NCBI GenBank assembly: GCA_013239625.1 | Contig: MU054187.1 | Coordinates: 14,108,974-14,172,973, forward strand | Direction: 5' to 3' | DNA: 64,000 nt | From: Lama guanicoe | Taxonomy: Eukaryota | Shown: positions 12,435 through 24,390 of the stretch, in pieces | Numbering within the stretch: the stretch's first letter is position 1 | Layout of the letters: each line of letters begins with the position of its first letter | Notes under the pieces: model-generated | What the model was told of the DNA's origin: nothing | Seen by the model: only the letters and a program-made list of their open reading frames with translations | Databases searched by the model: none | Made by a program: the position numbers and the translations under genes

Positions 12435-12550
12435 AGAATATTTTGTGATACATGAAAATTATATAAAATTCAAATTTTAGTGCCCATTAATACAGTATTA
12501 GAAAAAAGGCAAGCTCTTCTGTTTCCATAGCGTGTATGGTTGCTTTTGTG
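12435..12550. mobile_element. MER58B/Cheshire-like fragment
   Basis: aatattttgtgatacatgaaaattatataaaattcaaattttagtgcccat motif. Confidence 0.55.
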
Positions 12551-12817
12551 CAGGTCCTTGGTGGTCATTTAGGATCTTGGCCCGAAACCCAATACCCAAA
12601 TTCACCCACTCATCTCTGGTATAGAGCCTCTAAGTCCCCAAGTGTGAACTGCGCCCTGGACTCTACAGTTGCCAGATGGAGGGTTCTCCTCGTTGTTTTC
12701 ACTTCCCAGATCACGCCTCGATCTGCTACCTACTGGTCCGTTGTTTAGGACGAGGAGAGGACAGTTCTTCCCAAGTGAGTACCAAGAAAAACCTTCCAAC
12801 CAGTTTCCCTCCCTTAC

Positions 12818-12994
12818 CCATCAGAGTCCAGCCCGTCTCCAGAACAGCGAAGGCTCACAGAGTGCATAGCCGGGGGCTGGCAGTCCACACACACTGTGTA
12901 CCCCTCTCGGAGGTACTGCATCCAGCGAGTCAGGGGGCGGTTTTCCAGGGCACAGTGAGGGGTCAATGACTCTGTCTTGAACTCCATACAGTAT
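12818..12994 (-). CDS. SBSPON: SBSPON coding exon 4
   Basis: Acceptor cccctag|A, donor GG|gtaagg; 177 nt; encodes YCMEFKTESLTPHCALENRPLTRWMQYLREGYTVCVDCQPPAMHSVSLRCSGDGLDSDG. Confidence 0.96.
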
Positions 12995-14527
12995 CTAGGG
13001 GGAAAAAAAGGGAATAATTCAACTTGCTGGCATGAGAAGTGGCCTAATGCTGTAGAAGGTCTTAGGAAGCCTGGAATCCCCACGGACACTTGACAGCCCA
13101 GAGAAGGCAGGGCGGCACATGTGCACGGGTCACAGGTGTCTTGGCAAGTCCCGCATTGGCTGAACTGTGACTGTGCCTGCCTGACAACTATAGTGACCCT
13201 TTGTGCTGTTTTTCAATCCATGGTTGAATTATCTGGTCAACGCGAATTTGCAGAAATTTGTCTCATGTCCTGTCTAGTCTGACCGCTATCTTGGGTATAA
13301 AAGCACATTTCAGTAGGAAAATAGCCCTTGATAACTTTGCTGAGATTTTAATGAATTATATAAATTGAACAAGAACTTGCTTGAGCCTGAGCGCCTGTGA
13401 GCCCAGGGAAGTCTAGCCCTTGACACCCAGGCAGACACCTGTCTTTTTTCGCCTTTCCCATATATACCCCCACCCAGCTCACCCACGTGATCTGGGGGAA
13501 TGCGATGTCTTAACTTGAAGCTGAGCATCAGAGTTATCCTGGGCATCACAGACAAAAGGACAGAGCGGCTGAGACGTGTTTTTCTGTAACAGACTAGGGA
13601 AAAGTCTATTCTGTGACTAGAATCTGAAGGCCCTGGGGGAGCATCTAGGCGTGGATGGATATTTTAGAGTTTTGTCCTTAAAAGCAACATGATTTTACAA
13701 TTCTTCAGGGAAACAAAACAGAGTAAAAACCCTGAATGTGGCATTTCAGGTTCTAACTATGCTAAAATGGACTAGGTTGTTTTGTTCTGTTTTTTATCTA
13801 TACCATTATGAGCGGTAATGGGTTAGATGGAATTGTTTGGAAAGTCTGCTTTATAAAAGATCTTTAGCAATGGTGGCTGTGATTTACTAGGTTCCTTGAG
13901 GTATTAAGACAGGAAATTCTATGACGCAGCTTCAGTCAATTTCAGATAGTTTAACCCGGATATCTTTTTAGTGATATTTTCTCATTAAATTCTCACAGCA
14001 ACCCCATGTGGTAGGAATTAATAGTCTCATTTTTCAAGAAGAAAAAACAGATGCAGTGAGTGGCAGGGTGAGGAATGAATTTGCAGTGGTCCGATGTCTC
14101 TGTTCTGACAGCAGAAGAGTGAACTCTTCATGAGCGTGAAGGTTCCTCCCAACCTGAGCCATTAGGACTCAGTAGAAATCCTCAGAAATCAGATGGGGGC
14201 CACTTCCAAACTCACCAACCAGAGGCGGTGCCGGAGTCCACGGTTCCATAAAGACCACAAGATGATGTGACTGCCAAAGTCACATCATCCCATTTTTATA
14301 TAGCATGTTTCATCTTAGAGATCAGACCTCAGAGACAAAGACATCTTTATAGCCCCACAAGAATGGAGAAGGGACAAGGACTTTCCCAGCTCTGTGGTGG
14401 AGAGTCATGTTTTACCCAAAGTCAATGAACAAATAACAGAAGAAAACCCATCTCCCCAAGTTACCTCTGTGGGCTGACTGGACCGTCCAACTGGAAAAAC
14501 ATAAGTAAAAAGAAATCAGCAAGTTAC

Positions 14528-14618
14528 CCAGCATCCTCGATGTCTGTAGACCACTGTGGGGAGGCCGCCTGTCTTGTCCTCTCCTTGTTGAATGCGGAGG
14601 AAGTTATAAAGGCAGGGA
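14528..14618 (-). CDS. SBSPON: SBSPON coding exon 3
   Basis: Acceptor ttttccag|TC, donor GG|gtaact; 91 nt; encodes (V)PAFITSSAFNKERTRQAASPQWSTDIEDAG. Confidence 0.95.
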
Positions 14619-16394
14619 CTGGAAAAGGAGAACGATGCTGAACACGTGCAGCCTGAAGTACCCAGAGCAACGTCCCCCCAACTTGGTTCCCAGCCCATCC
14701 AAAGCCCTCCATCCCCAAGTCCAGAGGTCTGTGGGACACCGTCAAGGAATGAAAGAAGGTTAAGGTGGAGTCCCCAGAAGCCAATTCCATAAAGATTTGG
14801 GCAATGCAGTTGGGTAGGGAGAAGAACTGCGGGCCTTTGATAAGCATGTCAGCAGTGGTAACACAGCTGGAAAGGATGGAGAGGGGCCAGGAAGCACGGC
14901 CCAGAGCGGATAATAAAAACATGGGTTGGGCTGGGGGTGGAGTGGGGCAACCAAGGTTAAAAGTGTCTTCCGATAACCACAGCCTGGAAGCTCTGACCCT
15001 AGCCATGCAGCCCAGGATGTGAGTGCCAGGTGGCGGCCAGCACAGCGCTCTCCCAGCGCCAGCAGCGAGGAAGGAAGGTCCTGAAGACTCTCTTTCCCTT
15101 CCTCTCTGCCACCCCATTCCACCTCTGATGCTCTGGGTTGGAGAAAAGAAAATCACCAGAAATTCTTTCCTCCCACCTCTGCTGTCTTCTTTTACTTTGT
15201 TTGTCCCCTTCCTATTTCATCTCTAAGTCTAGGGAGGCATCGGTTGCTCTGTGTAGCACGTGGAGAGAAACCTCTTGATTCCACCTTGCTGTCAACTCAC
15301 GGAAGACAGGATTTTGCCTTGTTCATCCCAGCAGCCTTCACACATTTACACACGTAATAAATATGTGTGTGACGAATGACTGGGTTGATGGATGAACGGA
15401 TGGATCAAATTGCTGCCAATGTGCATGGGCTCTACTTCCCTGTGGTCTTCTGTCCCTACACTGAGCCTTGGGGCTGAGATGGCTCAACCATCCTTCCTAC
15501 CCTTTGTTTCAGAAACTGGACCATCCCAGGAAGGGGAGAAACCAGCTGAGGTTGGCTTGTGTGATGCCCAAGTCATCAATCAGCAAGAGCGAAATGGCAG
15601 CAGGGTACTAGCAGCAAAACCTAGATTCTTTGAGCTTCCAGGTTCATCTTGCTAAGCTCCCTTCTGCCACAAGATGGCAGCCCTAATTCTTCTTTGATTT
15701 CTGAACGCAGAGTCCTTTTTATTTTACATGTAAGACAAAAGTGACCTAGCACCTGGTGGCCACTTGGTCCTAAGAGTTGCAGGCACAGTTCTTGTCTCTT
15801 GTGGCTCCGCACCTAATCTCTCCAGGCTGGACATTACCCACATCTGGTGTAAACTCTAGAGTCCCAGCTGAGTGGCTCTTCATTGCTGCGCTAACAAGTT
15901 TAATTGTTTTCCAAAGAGAACATGACATTCTTTCTAAATGTGACTGCAGCTTTCAAACATCCAAAATCCACGGGACAGAATCAAAAAAGAACAAGTGACT
16001 GCATGTATCCTTCTCTGTTTCTCTTAGACCTAATTATGAAAAACACAAACATCAAAAGGGTTTTTGTTTTCTCAAGTATGGTTTTCATTTCTGTTCTTCT
16101 GATGCATTTATGTGCTTATTCACTAAGTGAGGCATGTACTTACTACTAAAACCACGGAGCATTATACCAAACTGTAGTATTTTGGGGATGTGTTTCTTTA
16201 GCCCAAAACATTTCTCTGAGCTCCTAATTTGTACTGCATCAATTATTAAAAAAGTTCAAATGCAATCCTCTTACTATATAGCTCAGGGGAAAAAAATTTT
16301 GGTTAAGAAGTAGAAAGCAAGTATATGACTATAGTTTCTGATACAAAATCCTAAGAAAAGTTCTAAGATAGTAAAAATTAAAGCTAACAGTGAT

Positions 16395-16560
16395 GCATAT
16401 CTAAGTTTCCAGGCGCAATGCTAAGCCCTTTTCATGTGTTAATGAATTTAATTCTCACAATCACCCTCTGAGATAGATCCTCTTGCTTCCCCATTTCACA
16501 GATGAGGAACCTGTGGCCCAGAGAGGTTAAGAAAGGCTCATGTATAAGCCTGGCAGTGCC
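16395..16560 (-). mobile_element. MIR SINE
   Basis: Core MIR motif: atttaattctcacaatcaccctctgag...ccccatttcacagatgaggaacctgtggcccagagaggttaag. Confidence 0.75.
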
Positions 16561-18135
16561 CAACAGTGTCTCCAAAACCACCTCCTCACTGCCACACTCG
16601 ACAGCCTCTATCACAAGGCAGATGACAAAGTGTCACTATTTAAAGTTTCACTGTTGCAGCATGTTTCCTACAAATCATTTACATTTGGCTTTATTTTCCC
16701 TTTCTGTCCCTAACCACTGTCCTTAATGTGACGTGAGATCTCAGGGAGTAAGGGGGGAACATTAGCCCTGGCACTCCAGGCCCCCTTGGGCCACGGGGGA
16801 GGGGGTGGGAGCTGTGGTCCAGGACGGGTGGGGAGTGATCGCAGCTGACACAGATTAACACCTGGAGCAGGATGGCACCTTGGGCATTGGTAACCTGCTC
16901 ATTTGCAAAGTGCTTTCACATCATATGTTACTGATCTTCACCAAAGCTTTGTAAAGAGGTGTTCTGATGAGGGTTTCTCATCAGAAAACTGAGACTCATT
17001 GAGGTTAAAGGAAGGGAAATTAATAGTAAATGACCACGCAGGGGCCCCAGTATGGAAAATAGCTTCTGTTTTTTCAGACCTACTCCCTACGCTCAGTGTC
17101 AAGCCTCTGTGGTTATGACCCGTCATAGAAGGGTCCAGTGGCTCTGGACCTGGTCCTCCCCACCCCCCATCCTGGCCCCTCCAGCCTGGGGCTTGGTTTG
17201 GTGCCACATTCTATGGAGGGGGGCGCCCTCTTCCCTGGCAGGAGTCTAAAGTGAACAAGCCAGGAGCCAGATCATCTGGAGGTCTCTGAACCAGCGCCAC
17301 TTTCTAACATCCCACACACATTTAATGTTTCATTACTTAAGAGTGGTAAGTAATTTAGAAATTCTTTCACCTCCAGTCCCACTTCTGCTTATGTATGGAA
17401 GCACGTGACCAGTGCCCCAGGACAAAGGCTCTCCATAAAAGCCAGATCCCCCTCCTCTCCCCTTCCTGGCAACAATATTCAAATGTAATAGACTCTTTGT
17501 TAACAGGGTATTTGCCAACTTTTCCGGCATCCCATCAATCTACCATTGTCCACTTTTGCAACAGCTTCCACTGCTCAAAGTGGGGCACCGCACACACTTA
17601 CTTTGAACATGAAAGTAAATTAAATTTGCTTTGAGAATTTCATAAAGGCCCCCGACACAATGGGGCGGGCCACCTGAGAGCCACTCGCCTGGAGATACAG
17701 CAAAGACGAGAGCAGAATGAAAATTTGACAGATGACACCAGCCTGGAAGCACTCAGTTCATAATAATGCACAGTGGTTTCCTCTCAAGAGGAAAATGCAT
17801 ATAAACCATCGTCAATATGGGCAACAAATACATAATATGGGTTTGTGGATTTGTTTTGATGATAAAAAATATAGTCATGATATACATTAAACAAAACAGG
17901 AAGAATGCAACAGCTACTTGACTGTGAGCAAGAGTGCTTCAGTGACCGTGTTTCAGTCTGGCCTTTATATTTCTCCTTAGTTACCGGAATCTGCAATTAC
18001 AATGCTAGCTCTACTGGTAACAGCAAAACAACTTGTGGTAGAGGAGAGGGACCCATGGGATTTAGAGCCACGAGGTTTAAGTTCTGTACCCTTTACAAGT
18101 GCTGTCATCTCTGAACTCCAATGTCCTATCTCCAC

Positions 18136-18395
18136 GACAGGCAGAATAATGCCCCCGCCCAGTCCCCAAAAAGATGTCAGTATCTAATCCCCAGAACCCG
18201 TGAACATGTTATGTTACACGACAAAGAGTGAAGGTTGTTACTCAGTTGACCTTAAAATAGGGAGACGGGCTGGATTATCCAGATGGGCTGAATGTAATCA
18301 CAAGGGTCTTCAAAGAGTCAGAGGAAGATGGTACCACAGAAGGAAGGCACAGAAAGATGTAAGGTTGCTGGCTCTGAAGATGGAGGAAGGGGGTG
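18136..18395 (+). mobile_element. MLT1D-like MaLR LTR fragment
   Basis: ggcagaataatgccccc...aaagatgtc...ctaatccccagaacccgtgaacatgtt...gctggctctgaagatggagg. Confidence 0.75.
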
Positions 18396-18499
18396 TGAGA
18401 AAAAGGTTGTGTATTCTGGGAAATTCTGCCTTCAGCAAAGCATCATTGATGTGATCCTGCTGGGATGCAGGGGCTGAGGGCAGAACCAAGCATCCCTTC

Positions 18500-18690
18500 T
18501 TGGGCTGGACCAGCAGCTCCTGAACTCCAGCAAGCACCTGGAGGCCTCGTCCCCGGCAGAGCGCTACGTCCCCCTCCAGGGACTGTGATCCCGCGGGTCT
18601 GGGTGGGGCCCAAGGCATGTGCATTTCTAACAGGTTCCCAGGTAAAGCCGAAGCTGCTGGTCTGAGACCACGCTTAAGGAGCCACCAAAC
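18500..18690. mobile_element. MER5A-like hAT element
   Basis: gtctgggtggggcccaaggcatgtgcatttctaacaggttcccagg...gctgctggtctgagaccac. Confidence 0.65.
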
Positions 18691-20549
18691 TGGAGCATTC
18701 TTGGGGTCCTGTGTGCCCTGACCAGCTTGTGACACCAGTCATCATTTCAAAGACATCCCAAAGGGGAATCTTGGGGTGCGAAGTCAGGGCTACAAATGCC
18801 AGTGGCCCTGCCCCAAGTCTAGATTTCTCCTGATAGGAGGCCATTAAGAACAGGCTGCTCTTGTTAGTGTCACACCAAAGTTGTAACACCTCCTGGGGAG
18901 TCACATAAAATCGTCTTCGTGGAGTTTGTGGGGAGGGGAGGTGCCATGGGGAATTTGGGAGCTGGGGGACATTTGGAGGAAGGCAGGCGTGTTGGCCTGG
19001 CCCATCAGGGACGGAGGAGGGGATACCTCCAGGTAGGGAAGAGGACCCCAGGGGCCAGGTGTGGGCCCATCACGTCCAACTGGATCCTCTTCACTGACCC
19101 ATCTGTCCCTTTTCCTGTGACCTGCATGATCTTTCTATGAAGAGATCCAGGGCTGGGAGGAGATCTGGGCATCCTCACGTGACACTGAAGAGTCAGATGT
19201 GCTGAAGGAATACTTTCTAGCAGCTGGACCCTGTAACCAAGTGGTGCAGTGACTTTTTCTGACAGATCTGCCCTGGGTTGTGAGAGCCATCAAAAAAATC
19301 AATTATGTCCCACAGCGACTTCCTCCCTGAGCCTTTCCGTAGTGTTGCTGCAGAGTGCAGAGCTGAATGTGTCTTGTTCTATGAGCATGTGAGCACTAAA
19401 CTATTTCCCTGCGAACTTAACATGGTGGCCGTATCCAGAAGGGGCCTCCACCCTGGCCCCGCCACTCCGCATGTCCCTGAGATATCTTCAAATCACAGAT
19501 CTGATCACATTGGCTCCTACAGAAAACACCCCAGTGGCTTTCCATGGCTCTTAAAATAAAGACCAGAATCCTAAACAAGGACCCCGGGCCAGGCATGGAG
19601 GGGGTGTCAGCACAGAGGCCTCCCCTCTCACCACCCACCTCCCTCTCTGCTGCCCACACCGTGGCATGCATTTGGCTTCTCAGATGGGCCTCGTGCTTCC
19701 TGCCCTTCGGAGCTCTCTGACCTGGAGGTCCTGGGCCATGCTGCTTAGCTGACATCACCCAGACACACCAGCTCCCGGCCAGCGCCTCTCCTCCTGCTCT
19801 GGATGGTGGTCGCCACATCATAGTTTTTGGAAGTCCCCTCTCATGCAACCCTGTTCGAGCAGCACCCTCTAAGGTTTTGTTTGATGCTGCCTCTCATGGT
19901 CACGTGTTTTTCTTAGATCAGCCCCCCAAACCCTCAAACCCCCTACACCCGACGCTAGACCGTGATCTACCTGACCACAGGCTCCACGCCAGCTTTTCTC
20001 CCCATTGTAACTCTGGCAGGCAGCCCAGGGCCTGGCATCAAGCAGACTCTCGATACATGTTTGCGTGAGGAATGAAAAAGGAACAAAATAGCTTGGCGAG
20101 GGTCCTGTAAACATGGAATTTTCCAGGTTCCTATGAAAAACATGATCTTTGCTGCCCTGAGAAGTCAGTGTTTGTTCTATCAGATTTAATCCCAGCCCAC
20201 ACTCTGGTCTTGGCCTTTCTGCTGTTTCCCGTGGCTTCCGCCTCAAGGAGGAGCCGACTGCTGGGCTCCTCGGCCATTTCACTTCGACCAGAACAGTCTT
20301 CCCCGGCCATAAACCCCATCCCCTCAGCCCTAGTCCCCTTGACTGAGAGAAGCAGGTGTTTCAAGAGAATCTTGTTACCATCCTTCAGGAATGTCTCATT
20401 TTTCTACTACTTTCGCATGGGTGCGGGTGTTTATGGTTAAACTGGAACGACAGGGAAAGGTGAAATCCTTATCCTTACCGGACACGTGCTATCCGGATGA
20501 CATCCTCCTTCTACCCAAAGCCCTTGTCGTCAGCTAGGCTGAGCTCGCT

Positions 20550-21140
20550 GGAAACCACAGTGCGCGCCCTCACACCGAGCGCGCGCACCGTAGGAAGGGG
20601 CCCCCGCGGGGTCACAAACACACCCAGGGGAGGGGCGGGGAGGGGCGGGGCGGCGGCGCCGGGAGGCCTCGGCGCGGCTGACGGAGCATTCCTTTACCAA
20701 GCACTTCCTGAGCCTCCTATCTCGCCCGAGCAGAGGGGCCCCTCCCACTCCCCGCAGCGCGTGCAAGTTTCCCTGCCCCGGGGGCTTTCTGTGGGACCCA
20801 GGGATGGAAAGTCACCCGGGCGGCAAGCGTGGAAGCCGCAGTACCGAAGGCGTGCCCGCAGTCCTGGCCCTGGGCCGTCGCGTACTCCAGGCAGCCGGCT
20901 CTCTCCTCCAGGGCCGGGCAGGGCGCGCCGCCGTTGCGGGGCTCCTGCCGCACCGCGCGCCTCCGCACGCGCGCCGTCGGCCGGCACCGGTCCGCGCAGC
21001 CGCTCCAGGGGCTCCACTCCCCGACCAGGCACGGGCGAGCTGAAAAACAGCGCACACCGCCGGGTTCAGCCCGTGTCGGCTGCGCTCGGACCCGGCCCTG
21101 GGTCAGGGGGACCACGGTGACATGGACGCCTCCCGCCCTG
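20550..21140. promoter_or_regulatory. Intragenic CpG island over SBSPON exon 2
   Basis: Dense CpG (gcgcgc, cggcggcg, cgcgcgcc) contrasting with CpG-poor flanks; GC boxes within 20627-20650. Confidence 0.75.
20845..21039 (-). CDS. SBSPON: SBSPON coding exon 2 (thrombospondin type 1 domain)
   Basis: Acceptor tttttcag|CT, donor G|gtactg; 195 nt; encodes (A)RPCLVGEWSPWSGCADRCRPTARVRRRAVRQEPRNGGAPCPALEERAGCLEYATAQGQDCGHAF; WxxWxxC and RxRxR TSR motifs. Confidence 0.96.
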
Positions 21141-23264
21141 ATGGTTAGCTGATAATCCGGTACCTCTCAGGGACAGGCGGACGTTTCTGGATCCTGGAGG
21201 TGGGACTGAGCCGAGGCACACCAGTCAAATAAACTGAGTAAAAGAGACCGATGCCCTCAGGGTATTTCCGTTTATGCCTCGGGCTTAGATCAGATCTTTG
21301 CTCTTGCGTTTCTTTGATCCTAACTTGAGCCTCCTCTGCCCAAAACATTTTAATTGTAGCAGTAATACATATTCATTGTAGAAAACAAAGGAAAAAAAGT
21401 GTAAAAAACAAAATGTATTTCTCCCACCCATAACCCCATCACTTACCCAGGTCAATCCTTATCAGGAAATGTGTCTCCGTAAGACCTGGCTTAGGGCCAC
21501 ACCATGGGACCCCTATCCTCGAGGCTCCTCCTGGATGCTCTGCTCTCATCCTCCAGGGCTCAGGGACTCATACACTGAGAGGTGGGGTTTACAGAGGAGA
21601 AACCAAGGCCCACAGAGGTCGAGAATGCTTGCGGTCATGCATGAAGGGGCAGAATTATAGGGGAGAATTTGGCTCTCGCTTGGGCAATTCTCTGGCCATG
21701 ACAGTAAAATCAATGTGGTTGTGCATTTAACTTCCCCACTGAAAGTCCTAATGAGTCTTTAAAGGACCGTAATGAGTTTTTAAATTGAATTACTTGAGGA
21801 CTTGACATTGGATACAAGAAAAGAACAAGGAGACAGAAGATGGACCACTGAACTGCATGCCAAACTCTTTCTTTCCCACAAACTGCAGCCCACTTTATCC
21901 CTATCACTCTCATCCCTTCAAGTTCACAGAGTTTTCACCAGAAAACACGCCCAACTTCTTTGAAATCTGATTGGACTTCTGACAGTCTGTGCTCAAAAAC
22001 TCAAGTTGCCTCCCAGCGCTCTGATTTAGGGATCGCGGCGCTTGGAAGCCGTATCGTTTGGAAGCACGTAGCTAACCCCTGACATGGAAAGGGTCACATT
22101 CAACATAAAGCTTGGCTAGCAATTTAAACATTTCAAGCTGTTTTAAAAACATACTTCTGTTAATCATCTAAAAACTCACAGGCATCACCTAACTACCTAA
22201 GGAAGCGAGAACGAGCCACATGACAGTTTGTTCCTGATACCCATGCACACATCCTTTGGAAAATCAATGACAGATCACTTCCTGCTGGTCATCTCTTGTT
22301 GACCTTCCCTGTTTATTTTTCTCGGTCCCATGATTTAATTGGCCCATAGAACCAGAGGGCTTTGAAAGAGGCTGCCAGGTTTGGAGCTGGTTGAGAAGGA
22401 CTCTTTCTGACCTCAGTTCTTTCAATAACTCTTCCCCCCACCACCACCAAATCTCTTTGTCCCTGAGTCTAGCCAGTCCTGCCCTGATATGTTGGACTTG
22501 AACTACGCTTAATAATACACTTTAAAAAATTATACTTTTTCAAAGATTAACATTTGGACATCACTATAAAATACAATTTTGCCACGGCTTTAATTCAGAA
22601 CTTAGTAATATGGCCTTGGTTACTAAGTTACAAACTATCCATATGGTAAAAGACGGCATGGCGGATGAATTTAGTCTTTCAGTATTTCTTCAACATTTGT
22701 GTCTCGCATCTACTGTTTATTTATGTTATTTGGTTTGACCCATAGTTAAAGTTCTCAAATCACAGAATCATTAACTCAGTTGTTCTTACTGGTTCAGGTC
22801 TGTCCTTGGCAAAATGCTGTGGATTATTTGGATTGCAATTTGTCACAGATCACAAGCAACCTTTGGTCAAGGAGGTTGGGAGAAGGACAGAAGCTTCTGA
22901 TAGATTTATTACCACAAGGCATATATCTCACCTGTGTGACAGAAACTGCCTTTGAACTATTCCATGAGTATTCCCTTCCCACTAAAGCTTACCTAATTCG
23001 TGTCTATATACAGCATACCAAAATATTCTGTCTTCAGATCTGACTTTCTCTTCCTTCACATTTCACTGACTATCACTGGGGCCAACACACTGTAACCTCA
23101 TGAGCAGAAGGATCTCCTGCGGCTCTAAGCTTGTCCCAGCTCCCTGTTAACAGTTCAGATTTGATGACAGCATCCCACCCATTTAAGGGGAAAGAAGCCT
23201 AGATTTAATGGGTGCCCGGGAGCTCGGTAAACTCCTCTCTTTTCTTCTTCTTCTTTTATAACAT

Positions 23265-23420
23265 TCAGGTCGAGTTTCCCCAGACGTAGACCTTGAGATA
23301 TGAATCTGAATGCAAACAGTTTATGTGGGAGGTGGTCCCAGAGGCACAGTCAGAGATTGGGGAACAGAGACAAAGAGGCAGGCGTAGAAGAGAACAGAGA
23401 TCAGAAGTAGATGCTGAGTT
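23265..23420. mobile_element. LTR33-like ERVL LTR fragment
   Basis: ttccccagacgtagaccttgagatatgaatctgaatgcaaacagtttatgtgggaggtggtcccag resembles the recalled LTR33 consensus. Confidence 0.45.
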
Positions 23421-23745
23421 TCTCCTTTTGGTCAAGTGGGCGCCCTTGGCTCTGGGCTCATTGGGCAGGGAGACAGTGGACAGTCCATGGGGGAAAGGAA
23501 TCATCAAACCCTTCCAGATGGTCCAGCTGGTGCCCCTTCCTCAAGGGCTGTCTGGTTATCAGATGTCCCTACCAAGGCTTGAGCAGGATGGCCAAGAGCA
23601 GAACAGTAAGTGATCGAGCTCAGTAACAAATCAGCACACACAGAGGACATTTTCACATGTCCTAACAGGGATGTCCATCCAGTCCTATCCAAGTACAACT
23701 GCCTCAAAAGATGTACCAGTAATCCTTTTTAAAAAATGGATTTTT

Positions 23746-23838
23746 TTCCTTCTTAATGGTCCTGAGATGGAACCCAGGACCTCATGCACACCAAGCTTGG
23801 GCTCTACCACTGAGTTATACCTCATACCATCCCTCCAT
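23746..23838 (-). mobile_element. vic-1-like SINE (degenerate) with TSD
   Basis: gaacccaggacctcatgcac...ctctaccactgagttatacc; flanks aaatggattttt (23734-23745) and aaatggcttttt (23839-23850). Confidence 0.75.
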
Positions 23839-23874
23839 AAATGGCTTTTTAAAACTCCCTGCATGGGTAGCCAT

Positions 23875-24181
23875 TGAATTTGGAACAAAATCTATCTTCC
23901 TGCATGGTCTACAAAGTCCTGTGTGACCTGCCTGTGCCTGTCCCTCCTCCCACCTGGAGCTGTGCCCCCCACCCTCACCTTTGCTCCCAGCTCCACCCAC
24001 GCCGACCTCATCATCCCCCAACACACCAGGCTCTTTCACACTCTGAGGCCTCTGTATGTGTGTTTCCTCTGCCAGGAATGTTCCTCCCACACTGCGTATG
24101 GCTGGGTTCGGCCCATCTTTTAGGTTCCAGAAGATTTATTTCATTTTCAGAGAGCCCTTCCCTGGCCAGCTTATCCAACTA

Positions 24182-24215
<34 letters not shown>

Positions 24216-24390
24216 TCTTATAAAATTATCTCCTCTCAGAACTCAGTGTTCCTTGCCTTCCAACATCTCCGTAATTCAAATGACATATTTGTGTATCTGG
24301 TTTATTGTTGAGCTGCTTCTTTCATGCCTAGCACTTGGCACATGGCAGGTGCTCAGCAGATATCTGCTGAATGACTGAGTGAATGAAATG
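23875..24390 (+). mobile_element. L2 3' fragment with embedded (TC)n(AC)n microsatellite
   Basis: L2 motifs (ttcctctgccaggaatgttcctccc; gcctagcacttggcacatggcaggtgctcagcagatatctgctgaatgactgagtgaatgaa); dinucleotide tract at about 24183-24214. Confidence 0.65.

Noticed and set aside
14524..15156. 210-aa minus-strand ORF
   Set aside because: Only the last ~31 codons are SBSPON exon 3; the rest is intron, with a proper acceptor at 14619-14620.
20497..21152. Multiple overlapping long ORFs on both strands (also at 30262-31115)
   Set aside because: Pro/Arg/Gly/Ala-rich by-products of GC-rich islands; only the SBSPON frames have domain motifs and splice sites.
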